64,000 bases of DNA, taken from assembly GCA_031431875.1 (NCBI GenBank), contig JANPEF010000082.1, forward strand, positions 16,994 to 80,993, given 5' to 3'. The DNA comes from Candidatus Eiseniibacteriota bacterium. Its GTDB lineage: Bacteria > Eisenbacteria > RBG-16-71-46 > DASYSL01. Shown in pieces: positions 44,015 to 51,810 of this stretch. The position numbers and the translations under genes are program-made. Within the stretch, counting starts at the first letter, position 1, and each line of letters opens with the position of its first letter. The notes under the pieces are model-generated. The model made no database searches. It saw only the letters and a program-made list of their open reading frames with translations, and was not told the origin of the DNA.

Positions 44015-45367
44015 ATGTCTGTTTCGACGCTGCGCTCGCGGGCGCTCCTGCTCGTGTTCGTGTCCCTCGTCGTCCTTGGCTGGACGGCGTCGGGCGCGCG
44101 CACGCAAGGGAAGCTGACGGGCAAGGTGCTTCCGGTCATCAGCACGTCTGATGTGATCGGTTACACCGCGCCCTGCGGCTGACACACGCCCAAGGGTGGG
44201 CTGGCCCGGCGGGCCAGTTTGATCGACAGCACGAGGATCAAGTTCGGCGATGCGGTCGTCGTCGACGCAGGCGACTGGGCTCCGGACTTCACCAAGCCCA
44301 ACGAGGCTCCCAAGCTCCAGTTCCTGCTCGAGATGGCGAACCTCATGAACTACGACGCCCTCGGTGTGGGCGAGCGGGAGCTTGCGTTCGGCCTGCCGAC
44401 GATCCTCGAGTTGGCCGCGAAGTCGAAGTCGCCGTTGATTTCGTCGAACCTGATCGACAAGAAGACGGGCAAGCCCGTGTTCAAGACGTCGGTCATCGTC
44501 AAGAAGGGCGGCATCAAGGTCGGCATCTTCGCGGTCCTCGGACCGAAGATCGATCTGCCGGGCAACTCCGGCGAGCTGGTCACGGTCGATGATCCGATCG
44601 CGACCGCGCAGGCCATGGTCGCCGAGTTGCGCAAGCAGGTCGACGTCATCGTCTGCCTCGCGCACCTGGGCCGCGTCGAAGGCGAGGATCTCGCCGCGCA
44701 GGTGCCGGGGATGGATGTCGTGATTCTCGCGCACCACCCGGGCTTCGTCGCCCAGGGCCGGCGCGTCAACGCGGCGATCACGGTCGCCAGCGGTGAGCAG
44801 GGCCAGAACGTCGGCTTCACGCAGGTGACGCTCGAAGGCAAGAAGGTGATGGACCTCACCTCGGAGACGAAGATCCTGATGCCCGAGATTGGCGACCGCG
44901 GCGACATCGCGCGGATGGTCAAGGAGTTCGACGACAAGCTGAACGAGGAACAGCGCAAGGCGCAGCAGACGCAGACGCTGCAGAACTCGTCGACGGCGCC
45001 CGGGTCGGATCAGTACCTGGGCAGCGAGAATTGCATGAGCTGCCACCCGGCGCAGTACGAGCAGTGGAAGACGACGCAGCACGCGCACGCCTTCGCCACG
45101 CTCGAGCGGACGCAGAAGGATGCGACGCCCGAGTGCGTCCAGTGCCACGTGGTCGGCTTTGGCCGGCCGGGCGGGTACGAGAACGCGTCGAAGTCGGCGA
45201 AGCTCAAGAACGTCGGTTGCGAGTCGTGCCATGGCTACGGCACGCAGCACGACATGTTCGCGAAGACCGGCGGCAAGGTGGCCGAAGCCGTCTGCCTGAC
45301 CTGCCACACCCCGGCGAACGACGCGGGCTGGAACTACGCGGCGAAGTTGCCGCGCGTCTCGCACTAG
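44015..45367 (+). CDS. Probable selenoprotein (Sec56, CxU): signal peptide + UshA/5'-nucleotidase-like domain + tetraheme cytochrome c (c554-like), 450 aa
   Basis: ORFs 43898-44182 and 44219-45367 share a frame and are separated only by TGA 44180-44182 in TAPCG*HTPKGGLARR; strong RBS; SECIS-like hairpin; CMSCH, CVQCH, CESCH, CLTCH. Confidence 0.85.
44198..44220 (+). promoter_or_regulatory. Candidate bacterial SECIS element
   Basis: GGGCTGGCCC-GGC-GGGCCAGTTT: 7 Watson-Crick plus 3 G-U pairs; G-initial loop starts 25 nt after the UGA. Confidence 0.7.
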
Positions 45368-45508
45368 GCGGCGGCGGGGGGCCGGGAGCGGCCCAGGGAA
45401 GGTAGCGTGCGACGCGGGCGCGGTGGTACCCTTGGCGGGTACCGCGCGCCCGCGCGGCGTTACGCCGCGGGACCCGCCTCCCCCGACTCCCTCACGCCGG
45501 AAGCGCAC

Positions 45509-46897
45509 ATGCCCCTGCAGCCCGATGGAATGACCTATTTCGAGGACATCATCCAGTCGGTCGGCAACACGCCGCTCGTCCGCCTGAACAAGATGACCAA
45601 GGGCCTCCAGGCCACCGTCCTCGCCAAGGTCGAATCGTTCAATCCCGGCGGCAGCTCGAAGGACCGGATCGGTCTCTCCATGATCCGCGCCGCCGAGGCC
45701 GACGGGAAGCTCAAGCCCGGCGGCACGATCGTCGAGTGCACCTCGGGGAACACGGGCGTCGGCCTGGCCATGGCGGCGGTCGTGCTGGGCTACAAGACCG
45801 TGTTCTGCATGCCGGACAAGGTGGCGACCGAGAAGATCAACCTCCTCAAGGCCTACGGCGCCGAGGTGGTCGTCTGCCCCACCGCAGTCTCGCCCGACTC
45901 GCCCGAGTCGTACTACCAGGTCGCTCGCCGCATCGAACGCGAGCGGCCGAATGCGTTCCTCACCAACCAGTACGACAATCCGGCGAACCCGGCGGCGCAC
46001 TACCGGACGACGGGCCCCGAACTGTGGGAGCAGACCGCGGGCAAGATCGACGTGTTCGTCACCTCGATCGGCACCGGTGGCACGATCAGCGGCACCGCGA
46101 AGTACCTGAAGGAGAAGAACCCGAAGGTCCGCATCGTCGGCGCCGACCCGATCGGCTCGATCCTCCACCAGTGGTTCCACACCCGCACCATGGGCGAGGC
46201 GCACACGTACAAGGTCGAGGGCATCGGCGAGGACTTCCTGCCCGAGGCCTACGACTGGAGCGTGATCGACGACGTCGTGCAGGTGAACGACAAGGACTCG
46301 CTGAACACGGCGCGCCGCCTCGCCCGCGAGGAGGGCATCCTGGTCGGCGGCTCGTGCGGCACCGCGCTGCACGCCGGGCTGCTCGAGGCGAAGAAGATGA
46401 AGCAGGGCGGCGTGATCGTCGTCATGCTGCCCGACACCGGCGAGCGCTACCTGTCGAAGGTGCACAGCGACGAGTGGATGCGCGACAACCACATGCTCGA
46501 TCCGGCCGAGACGCGTGTCGCCGACCTCGTCTTCGGCAAGTCGGCCGGCGGGAAGGCACTGCTGTCGGTCGCGCCGGGCGACCTCGTGCGGAAGGCGCTC
46601 GACCTCGTCCGCGCCTACGACGTGTCGCAGCTCCCGGTCCTCGAGGGCGAGGCTTCCGTCGGCACCGTGTACGACGCGGAGATCATGAAGCGCGTGCTCG
46701 ACGACCCGACGGTACTCGGCCGCACGGTGCGCGAGATCATGGACCCGCCGCTGCCGGTGATCGGCGCGCAGGAACCAGTGACGCGCGTGGCGCAACTCCT
46801 CAAGCAGAAGCACGCGGCGGTGCTCGTCTCCGCCAACGGGGGAGGACCCAGCGGAATCCTCACCCGTCTCGATGTCATCTCGCTGATCGCGGAGTGA
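45509..46897 (+). CDS. Cystathionine beta-synthase with C-terminal CBS domains
   Basis: VGNTPLV, NPGGSSKDRI (PLP Lys), TSGNTG, GTGGT, EGIG, PDTGERYLSK, CBS pair (YDVSQLPV); start 45509 or 45530. Confidence 0.92.
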   Translation: MPLQPDGMTYFEDIIQSVGNTPLVRLNKMTKGLQATVLAKVESFNPGGSSKDRIGLSMIRAAEADGKLKPGGTIVECTSGNTGVGLAMAAVVLGYKTVFCMPDKVATEKINLLKAYGAEVVVCPTAVSPDSPESYYQVARRIERERPNAFLTNQYDNPANPAAHYRTTGPELWEQTAGKIDVFVTSIGTGGTISGTAKYLKEKNPKVRIVGADPIGSILHQWFHTRTMGEAHTYKVEGIGEDFLPEAYDWSVIDDVVQVNDKDSLNTARRLAREEGILVGGSCGTALHAGLLEAKKMKQGGVIVVMLPDTGERYLSKVHSDEWMRDNHMLDPAETRVADLVFGKSAGGKALLSVAPGDLVRKALDLVRAYDVSQLPVLEGEASVGTVYDAEIMKRVLDDPTVLGRTVREIMDPPLPVIGAQEPVTRVAQLLKQKHAAVLVSANGGGPSGILTRLDVISLIAE

Positions 46898-46899
46898 GC

Positions 46900-48093
46900 A
46901 TGGTGCGCATCGACGCGAAATCCGGCCTCGGCACCCGCGCGATCCACGCGGGCAACGCCCCCGACCCGCGCACGGGCGCGGTCGCGGTGCCGGTGTACCA
47001 GACCTCGACCTACGCGCAGGACGGATTCGGCAAGCACAAGGGCTACGAATACGCGCGCTCGCAGAACCCCACGCGCGAGGCGCTCGAGGAGAACCTGGCG
47101 TCGCTCGAGAGCGGCGCGCACGGCTTCGCCTTCGCCTCGGGCCTCGCCGCGACGACGACCCTGCTGCACCTGCTCAAGGCCGGGGACCACGTCGTGGCCT
47201 CGAACAACATGTATGGGGGCACGTTCCGCCTGTTCGACCAGGTGTTCGCCCACCTCGGCATGCGCTTCTCCTACGTGAACACGGCCGACCTGGCCGCGGT
47301 CGAGGCGGCGATCGAGCCGGCGACGAAGCTCATCTACATCGAGACGCCGACCAATCCGTTGCTCACCATCACGGACCTCGCGGGCATCGCGGCGATCGCC
47401 CAGCGGCACGAACTGCTCACCGCGTGCGACAACACGTTCGCCACGCCGATGCTGCAGCGGCCGATCGAGTTCGGCTTCGACATCGTGCTCCACTCGACGA
47501 CCAAGTACCTGAACGGGCACAGCGACATGGTCGGCGGCGCACTGGTCGTCAAGCGCGACGACCTGGCGACCCGCCTGCGCTTCCTGCAGAACGCGGTGGG
47601 GGCGGTGCCCGGTCCGTGGGACTGCTGGCTCGCGCTGCGCGGCATCAAGACGCTGCCCCTGCGCATGGAGCGCCACGAGAAGAATGCCGGCGACCTCGCC
47701 GTGTGGCTCGCCGGCCAGGCGACGGGACCGCGCGGGCCGAAGGTGATCTATCCCGGCCTGCCCGATCATCCCGGGCATGCGCTGGCCAGGAAGCAGATGG
47801 CGGGGTTCGGCGGGATCATCTCGCTCGAGGTCCCCGATCTCGAGACCGGCCAGCGATTCTGCGAGGCGCTCACCCTGTTCACGCTCGGCGAATCGCTCGG
47901 CGGCGTCGAGTCGCTGGTGACGCATCCGGCGAGCATGACGCACGCCTCGGTGCCCAGGGCTCAGCGCGAGGCCACGGGCTTCACCGATGGCCTGGTCCGG
48001 CTCTCGGTCGGCTGCGAGGACGTTGACGACCTGCGGGCGGACCTGGAACGCGGGCTGGCGGCCTCCTCGGCAGCCGTGGCGGCGGCTCGCTAA
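46900..48093 (+). CDS. Cystathionine gamma-lyase/gamma-synthase (Cys/Met metabolism PLP enzyme)
   Basis: YEYARSQNPTR, FASGLAA, ETPTNP, DNTFATP, HSTTKYLNGHSD, ESLGGVESL, RLSVG. Confidence 0.93.
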   Translation: MVRIDAKSGLGTRAIHAGNAPDPRTGAVAVPVYQTSTYAQDGFGKHKGYEYARSQNPTREALEENLASLESGAHGFAFASGLAATTTLLHLLKAGDHVVASNNMYGGTFRLFDQVFAHLGMRFSYVNTADLAAVEAAIEPATKLIYIETPTNPLLTITDLAGIAAIAQRHELLTACDNTFATPMLQRPIEFGFDIVLHSTTKYLNGHSDMVGGALVVKRDDLATRLRFLQNAVGAVPGPWDCWLALRGIKTLPLRMERHEKNAGDLAVWLAGQATGPRGPKVIYPGLPDHPGHALARKQMAGFGGIISLEVPDLETGQRFCEALTLFTLGESLGGVESLVTHPASMTHASVPRAQREATGFTDGLVRLSVGCEDVDDLRADLERGLAASSAAVAAAR

Positions 48094-48206
48094 GGCCGAT
48101 TCCAATCTCATAAAATCTTATGCTGCAGTTGTTTGCGCGACTCACTCCGTCCATGTAAAGCGAACAGATCGCCCTTCGGGCGGGGATGGACCGGTGGACA
48201 AATCGC

Positions 48207-48235
48207 TTGACACCCCCCCGGCCCGAACGTACGTT
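48207..48235 (+). promoter_or_regulatory. Sigma70 promoter TTGACA-N17-TACGTT
   Basis: Consensus -35, 17-bp spacer and TAnnnT -10 in a 400-bp intergenic region, with AT-rich DNA upstream. Confidence 0.7.
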
Positions 48236-48492
48236 TCGCCGGATACGTCGCCTGGGGTGGGTCCCAACCTGTCAAGCACCCGGCTTCCCACACCTGCTAC
48301 CAATCGGACCCGCGTCCACCTGGCGAAGGGTCATGCGAGTGCCGCGTTTCGCGGTGAGCTTGCACCCTCTCCGCCTGACGCGTGGCGACACCCCGGATAC
48401 GGAACCGGAAGTTGCGGTCCGGGCAACGAGACTTTAGTTCCGACATGACCTCGCTCCGGCGCGGGCCATGGCGAAGGAGGTGAAAGCAGAGG

Positions 48493-48693
48493 ATGCGGAA
48501 GCTTATCGCGCTTGCGGCGGTTGCAGTGTTCGCTCTCACGCTCTCGCTGGGTACGATCGGTTGCGCTCCGAAGGCTGAGGAAACTCCGGCCCCGGAGACG
48601 ACGACGACGACGACCACGACCGAGACGGTGACGGAGACGGTGCCGATGGACAGCACCATGATGGCGGATACGACCACGACGACCACGCACTAA
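48493..48693 (+). CDS. Small Thr-rich lipoprotein (66 aa)
   Basis: MRK + hydrophobic stretch + TIG-C lipobox; AAGGAGGTG upstream; own terminator. Confidence 0.85.
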   Translation: MRKLIALAAVAVFALTLSLGTIGCAPKAEETPAPETTTTTTTTETVTETVPMDSTMMADTTTTTTH

Positions 48694-48731
48694 TCGCGCG
48701 CGCGTTCCGCGCCGCTGCGATCCGTACGGAG

Positions 48732-48760
48732 AGAGGGCCCGCAAGGGCCCTCTTTCTTTC
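48732..48760 (+). terminator. Rho-independent terminator
   Basis: AGAGGGCCC-GCAA-GGGCCCTCT followed by TTCTTTC. Confidence 0.85.
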
Positions 48761-48793
48761 CCCCGCTTCGCCCTCTGCAGCCCGGAGTTCCCC

Positions 48794-49288
48794 ATGGCCG
48801 ACGACTTCTCGTTCGACATCGTCTCCGAAGTCGACTGGATGGAAGTGCAGAACGCGGTCCAGCAGGCGGTGAAGGAGATCACCACCCGGTTCGACTTCAA
48901 GGGCAGCGCCGCCGAGATCAGGGCCGAGGGCAAGGACGCGCTGGTCCTCATCGCCGACGACGATCTCAAGATGAGGAACGTGCGCGAGATCCTCGACGGC
49001 AAGCTGGTCAAGCGGGGCGTCTCGCTCAAATCGATCGAGGAGGGGCCGATCGAGCCCGCCGCCAAGGGCACGCTGCGCCGCACGCTCAAGCTCAAGAGCG
49101 GGCTCGAGTCCGAGCAGGCCAAGGAGATCACGAAGTTCATCAAGGGCCTGGGATTCAAGGTGCAGTCCACGATCCAGGGCGAGCAGGTCCGCGTCTCCGG
49201 CAAGAAGAAGGACGAGCTGCAGGCGGTCATGGCGGCCGTCAAGGCCCACGACTGGCCCCGCGCCCTCCAGTTTCAGAACTACCGGTAG
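48794..49288 (+). CDS. yajQ: YajQ family nucleotide/c-di-GMP-binding protein
   Basis: SFDIVSEVD, RFDFKG, IQGEQVRVSGKKKDELQ, LQFQNYR. Confidence 0.95.
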   Translation: MADDFSFDIVSEVDWMEVQNAVQQAVKEITTRFDFKGSAAEIRAEGKDALVLIADDDLKMRNVREILDGKLVKRGVSLKSIEEGPIEPAAKGTLRRTLKLKSGLESEQAKEITKFIKGLGFKVQSTIQGEQVRVSGKKKDELQAVMAAVKAHDWPRALQFQNYR

Positions 49289-49383
49289 GGCCACCTCCGC
49301 CTCCGCCCAGGAGGCAACCCGGGCGCCCATCCCGCCGTAGGAGGGGCACGTTCGAGTCCCGTCCCACGCCCTCGGAGGCCGTC

Positions 49384-50481
49384 ATGTCCCACCGCACAGG
49401 GTTTGCCGCCCTCCTTGCCCCGTTCCCCCTGCTGGCTCTCGCCGCCCTCCTGGCCGCCGGCTGCAATGACCGCCGGGGAGTCGTGCGTGAGGACCGCACC
49501 GCCAGCGCCGTCGCCCTGGGTTCCTCGGCCGTCGTGCGCATCGAGACCCGCTCCGCCGACGTCCATCTGATCGCCAGTCCCGACGACACCGTCCGCGTGG
49601 TCACCGCGCGCCGCGTCGAGGGTTCGACCCAGCAGAACGCCGACGCCCTCTTCGCCCAGATCAAGGTCACCATGGAGCGTCAGGGTGACGTCCTCGTGCT
49701 GCGCGTGCGCGAGCCGGAGCGGCGGCGCACCCGGGTCAACGTCGATGCCGGCCCGTGGCGGATCCGCCGCTCGGTCGAGGTCGAGTTGACCATCGCCGTC
49801 CCCGCCCGCGCCCGCCTCGAGTGCGAGACCGCGCGCGGCGACTTCGACGCCACCGGCCTTCCCCAGCAGGCCGGCTTCGTGTCCAACACCGGCGACGTCG
49901 AGCTCATGCAGATGAGCGGCCGCGCCAGCGTGCAGACCACCTCGGGCGACGTCACCCTCCGCGAGTGCGACGGCCCCGCGGTCGTTCGCGTCACCTCGGG
50001 CGACGTGGACGCGAACGACCTGCGCGGCGGATTGATCGTGCGCGCGACGAGCGGCGACGTGAACGCCGCCCGGGTGCGCGGCGGCGCCCGGATCGAGACC
50101 TCGACCGGCGACGTCGAGGCGCAGGACCTGGTGGGTTCGGTGTTCGTGTCGACCAGCGCCGGCAATGTCTCGCTCTCCGCCAACGCCGACTCGTGTGCGA
50201 TCGAGACCGCTTCGGGCGACGTCAGCGCGAGCCTGTCGGGCGCGCCATACTTCGTGCAGGTGCGGACCTCGGCCGGGCAGGTCGACCTCGCGATCCCGGA
50301 GCGCACGGGCGGCACGCTCGACCTGCAGACCTCGAGCGGCGCGATCGCTGTGCGCAACGAGGTCGCCGTCGACACCATGAGCCGCAATCGCCTCACCGGC
50401 CGCCTCGGCGGCGCGGGCTCCATCGCCGTGCGGACTTCGTCCGGCGACATCACGCTGTCCTCGGAGGGAGTGACCCCATGA
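49384..50481 (+). CDS. DUF4097 / beta-strand-repeat lipoprotein
   Basis: Lipobox LAAG-C; many TSGDV-type repeats. Confidence 0.85.
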   Translation: MSHRTGFAALLAPFPLLALAALLAAGCNDRRGVVREDRTASAVALGSSAVVRIETRSADVHLIASPDDTVRVVTARRVEGSTQQNADALFAQIKVTMERQGDVLVLRVREPERRRTRVNVDAGPWRIRRSVEVELTIAVPARARLECETARGDFDATGLPQQAGFVSNTGDVELMQMSGRASVQTTSGDVTLRECDGPAVVRVTSGDVDANDLRGGLIVRATSGDVNAARVRGGARIETSTGDVEAQDLVGSVFVSTSAGNVSLSANADSCAIETASGDVSASLSGAPYFVQVRTSAGQVDLAIPERTGGTLDLQTSSGAIAVRNEVAVDTMSRNRLTGRLGGAGSIAVRTSSGDITLSSEGVTP

Positions 50482-51755
50482 ATGCCGAACGTCCCCCCGT
50501 CTTCCGCGTGACGTCCACCCGCAGCCTGGCCGGACTCGGGCTCGCCCTCGCCGCCGCGTTGAGCTTCGGCCTGGCCGCGATCGCCCTGGCGCCGCGCGCC
50601 CGGGCCCAGGAAGTCGAGCTGCCCGGCGTCCCCGTCGACTCCGTGCGCGCCGACTTCCTCTCGCCGGCGCCTCCGCCTGTCTCACCGGCCCCGGGCGTGC
50701 CCGCGGTGCCGTCCGGGCCCGGCGACCTCACCATTCGCGGCGGTGGGGGCCCCCGGACCATCGAAGGCCCTGGCGGCGTATACAAGGTCCGCGCCGGCGA
50801 GAACGACGTCGTGCAGATCGGCGAGGACATCGTGATCGAGCGCGGCGAACACGTGCTGGGCCACGTCTTTGCCATGGGCGGCAGCATCACCGTGCGCGGG
50901 GTCGTCGACGACGACGTGGTTGCCGCCGGTGGCGACGTGATCCTCGAGGACGGCGCGCAGGTGCGCGGCGACGCCGTGAGCATCGGCGGCAACGTCGACA
51001 AAGCACCGGGTGCGACGATCCTCGGCTCGTCGGTGTCCTTCGGCAACGTGCCCGCCGGCATCCTCGGGATGCAGGGTCTCAACTTCATCGGCCACGGGTT
51101 CGACGCCGTCGGCCGCGTCTTCAAGATCCTGTTCTGGCTGCTCGTCGCCTGGGTCACCGTCACGCTGACCAGGGCGCGCGCCCGCCGGGTCACCGCTCGC
51201 ATCGAGGCCGAGACGCTGGCCTCGCTGGGCTACGGCCTGCTGGGGATCGCCGCGATCGCCCCGGCCACCATCGTCGTCGCCCTCGCCGCCGTGCTGCTCG
51301 CGGTCACCATCATCGGTATCCCCGTGGCCGTCCTGCTGCTCCTCGGCTATAGTCTCGGCTTGGTCGTTCTCCTGTTCTGGGGTGCCATTCTCGGCGCCTC
51401 GGCCCTGGGCGCATGGGTCGTGCGGCGTCTGTCGCCGCGGCTCGGCACGCCCGAGCTCGTCCGCAACACCATGGTCGGTGTCGTGGCCGTGACGGGAATC
51501 GGCCTCGTGTCGAGCCTGTTTCAGGGAGTCGGACTCGTCGTGCCGCCGGCCGGGCTGTTGGGTGGGCTGCTCGAAGTCGTCGGGATCCTCGTCAGCTGCG
51601 GCGCGATGTGCGCCGGCGTCGGCGGGATCCTGCGCACGCGCGGCGGTCAGCCCGCGCCGATCCCCGTCGATTGGAGCCAGGCCGGCTTCGGCCCGGGTGC
51701 GCCCGGGATGGCGCCACCGGTCGCTCCGGCAGCGCCGCCCGCGCCCACGACCTAG
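50478..51755 (+). CDS. Membrane protein with bactofilin-like beta-helix repeat and multi-TM C-terminus
   Basis: Signal peptide; GHVFAMGGSITVRGVVDDDVVAAGGDV..V.GDAVSIGG; TIIGIP TM bundle; ATGA overlap. Confidence 0.75.
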   Translation: MNAERPPVFRVTSTRSLAGLGLALAAALSFGLAAIALAPRARAQEVELPGVPVDSVRADFLSPAPPPVSPAPGVPAVPSGPGDLTIRGGGGPRTIEGPGGVYKVRAGENDVVQIGEDIVIERGEHVLGHVFAMGGSITVRGVVDDDVVAAGGDVILEDGAQVRGDAVSIGGNVDKAPGATILGSSVSFGNVPAGILGMQGLNFIGHGFDAVGRVFKILFWLLVAWVTVTLTRARARRVTARIEAETLASLGYGLLGIAAIAPATIVVALAAVLLAVTIIGIPVAVLLLLGYSLGLVVLLFWGAILGASALGAWVVRRLSPRLGTPELVRNTMVGVVAVTGIGLVSSLFQGVGLVVPPAGLLGGLLEVVGILVSCGAMCAGVGGILRTRGGQPAPIPVDWSQAGFGPGAPGMAPPVAPAAPPAPTT

Positions 51756-51810
51756 GCTCCGCCTGAGTTAGCACGCCGGGCGTCGACCGGACGCGGAGGG
51801 ATCCACCGAC

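Noticed and set aside
44180..44182. Genome-wide UGA reassignment as the explanation for the in-frame TGA
   Set aside because: TGA terminates many conserved genes here (xfp, ackA, ffh, hemC, accD) at their expected ends
44219..45367. Stand-alone 382-aa cytochrome starting at TTG 44219
   Set aside because: No clear RBS, no signal peptide (needed for c-type heme attachment) and missing the first domain motif; read-through from 44015 fits better
40379..46813. 2144-aa minus-strand ORF
   Set aside because: Antisense shadow of three well-supported plus-strand genes; expected from GC-rich codon bias; no recognisable motifs
48236..48492. tRNA-Sec or a known riboswitch in this intergenic region
   Set aside because: No cloverleaf, T-loop or riboswitch consensus recognised by eye; kept only as an unassigned structured leader
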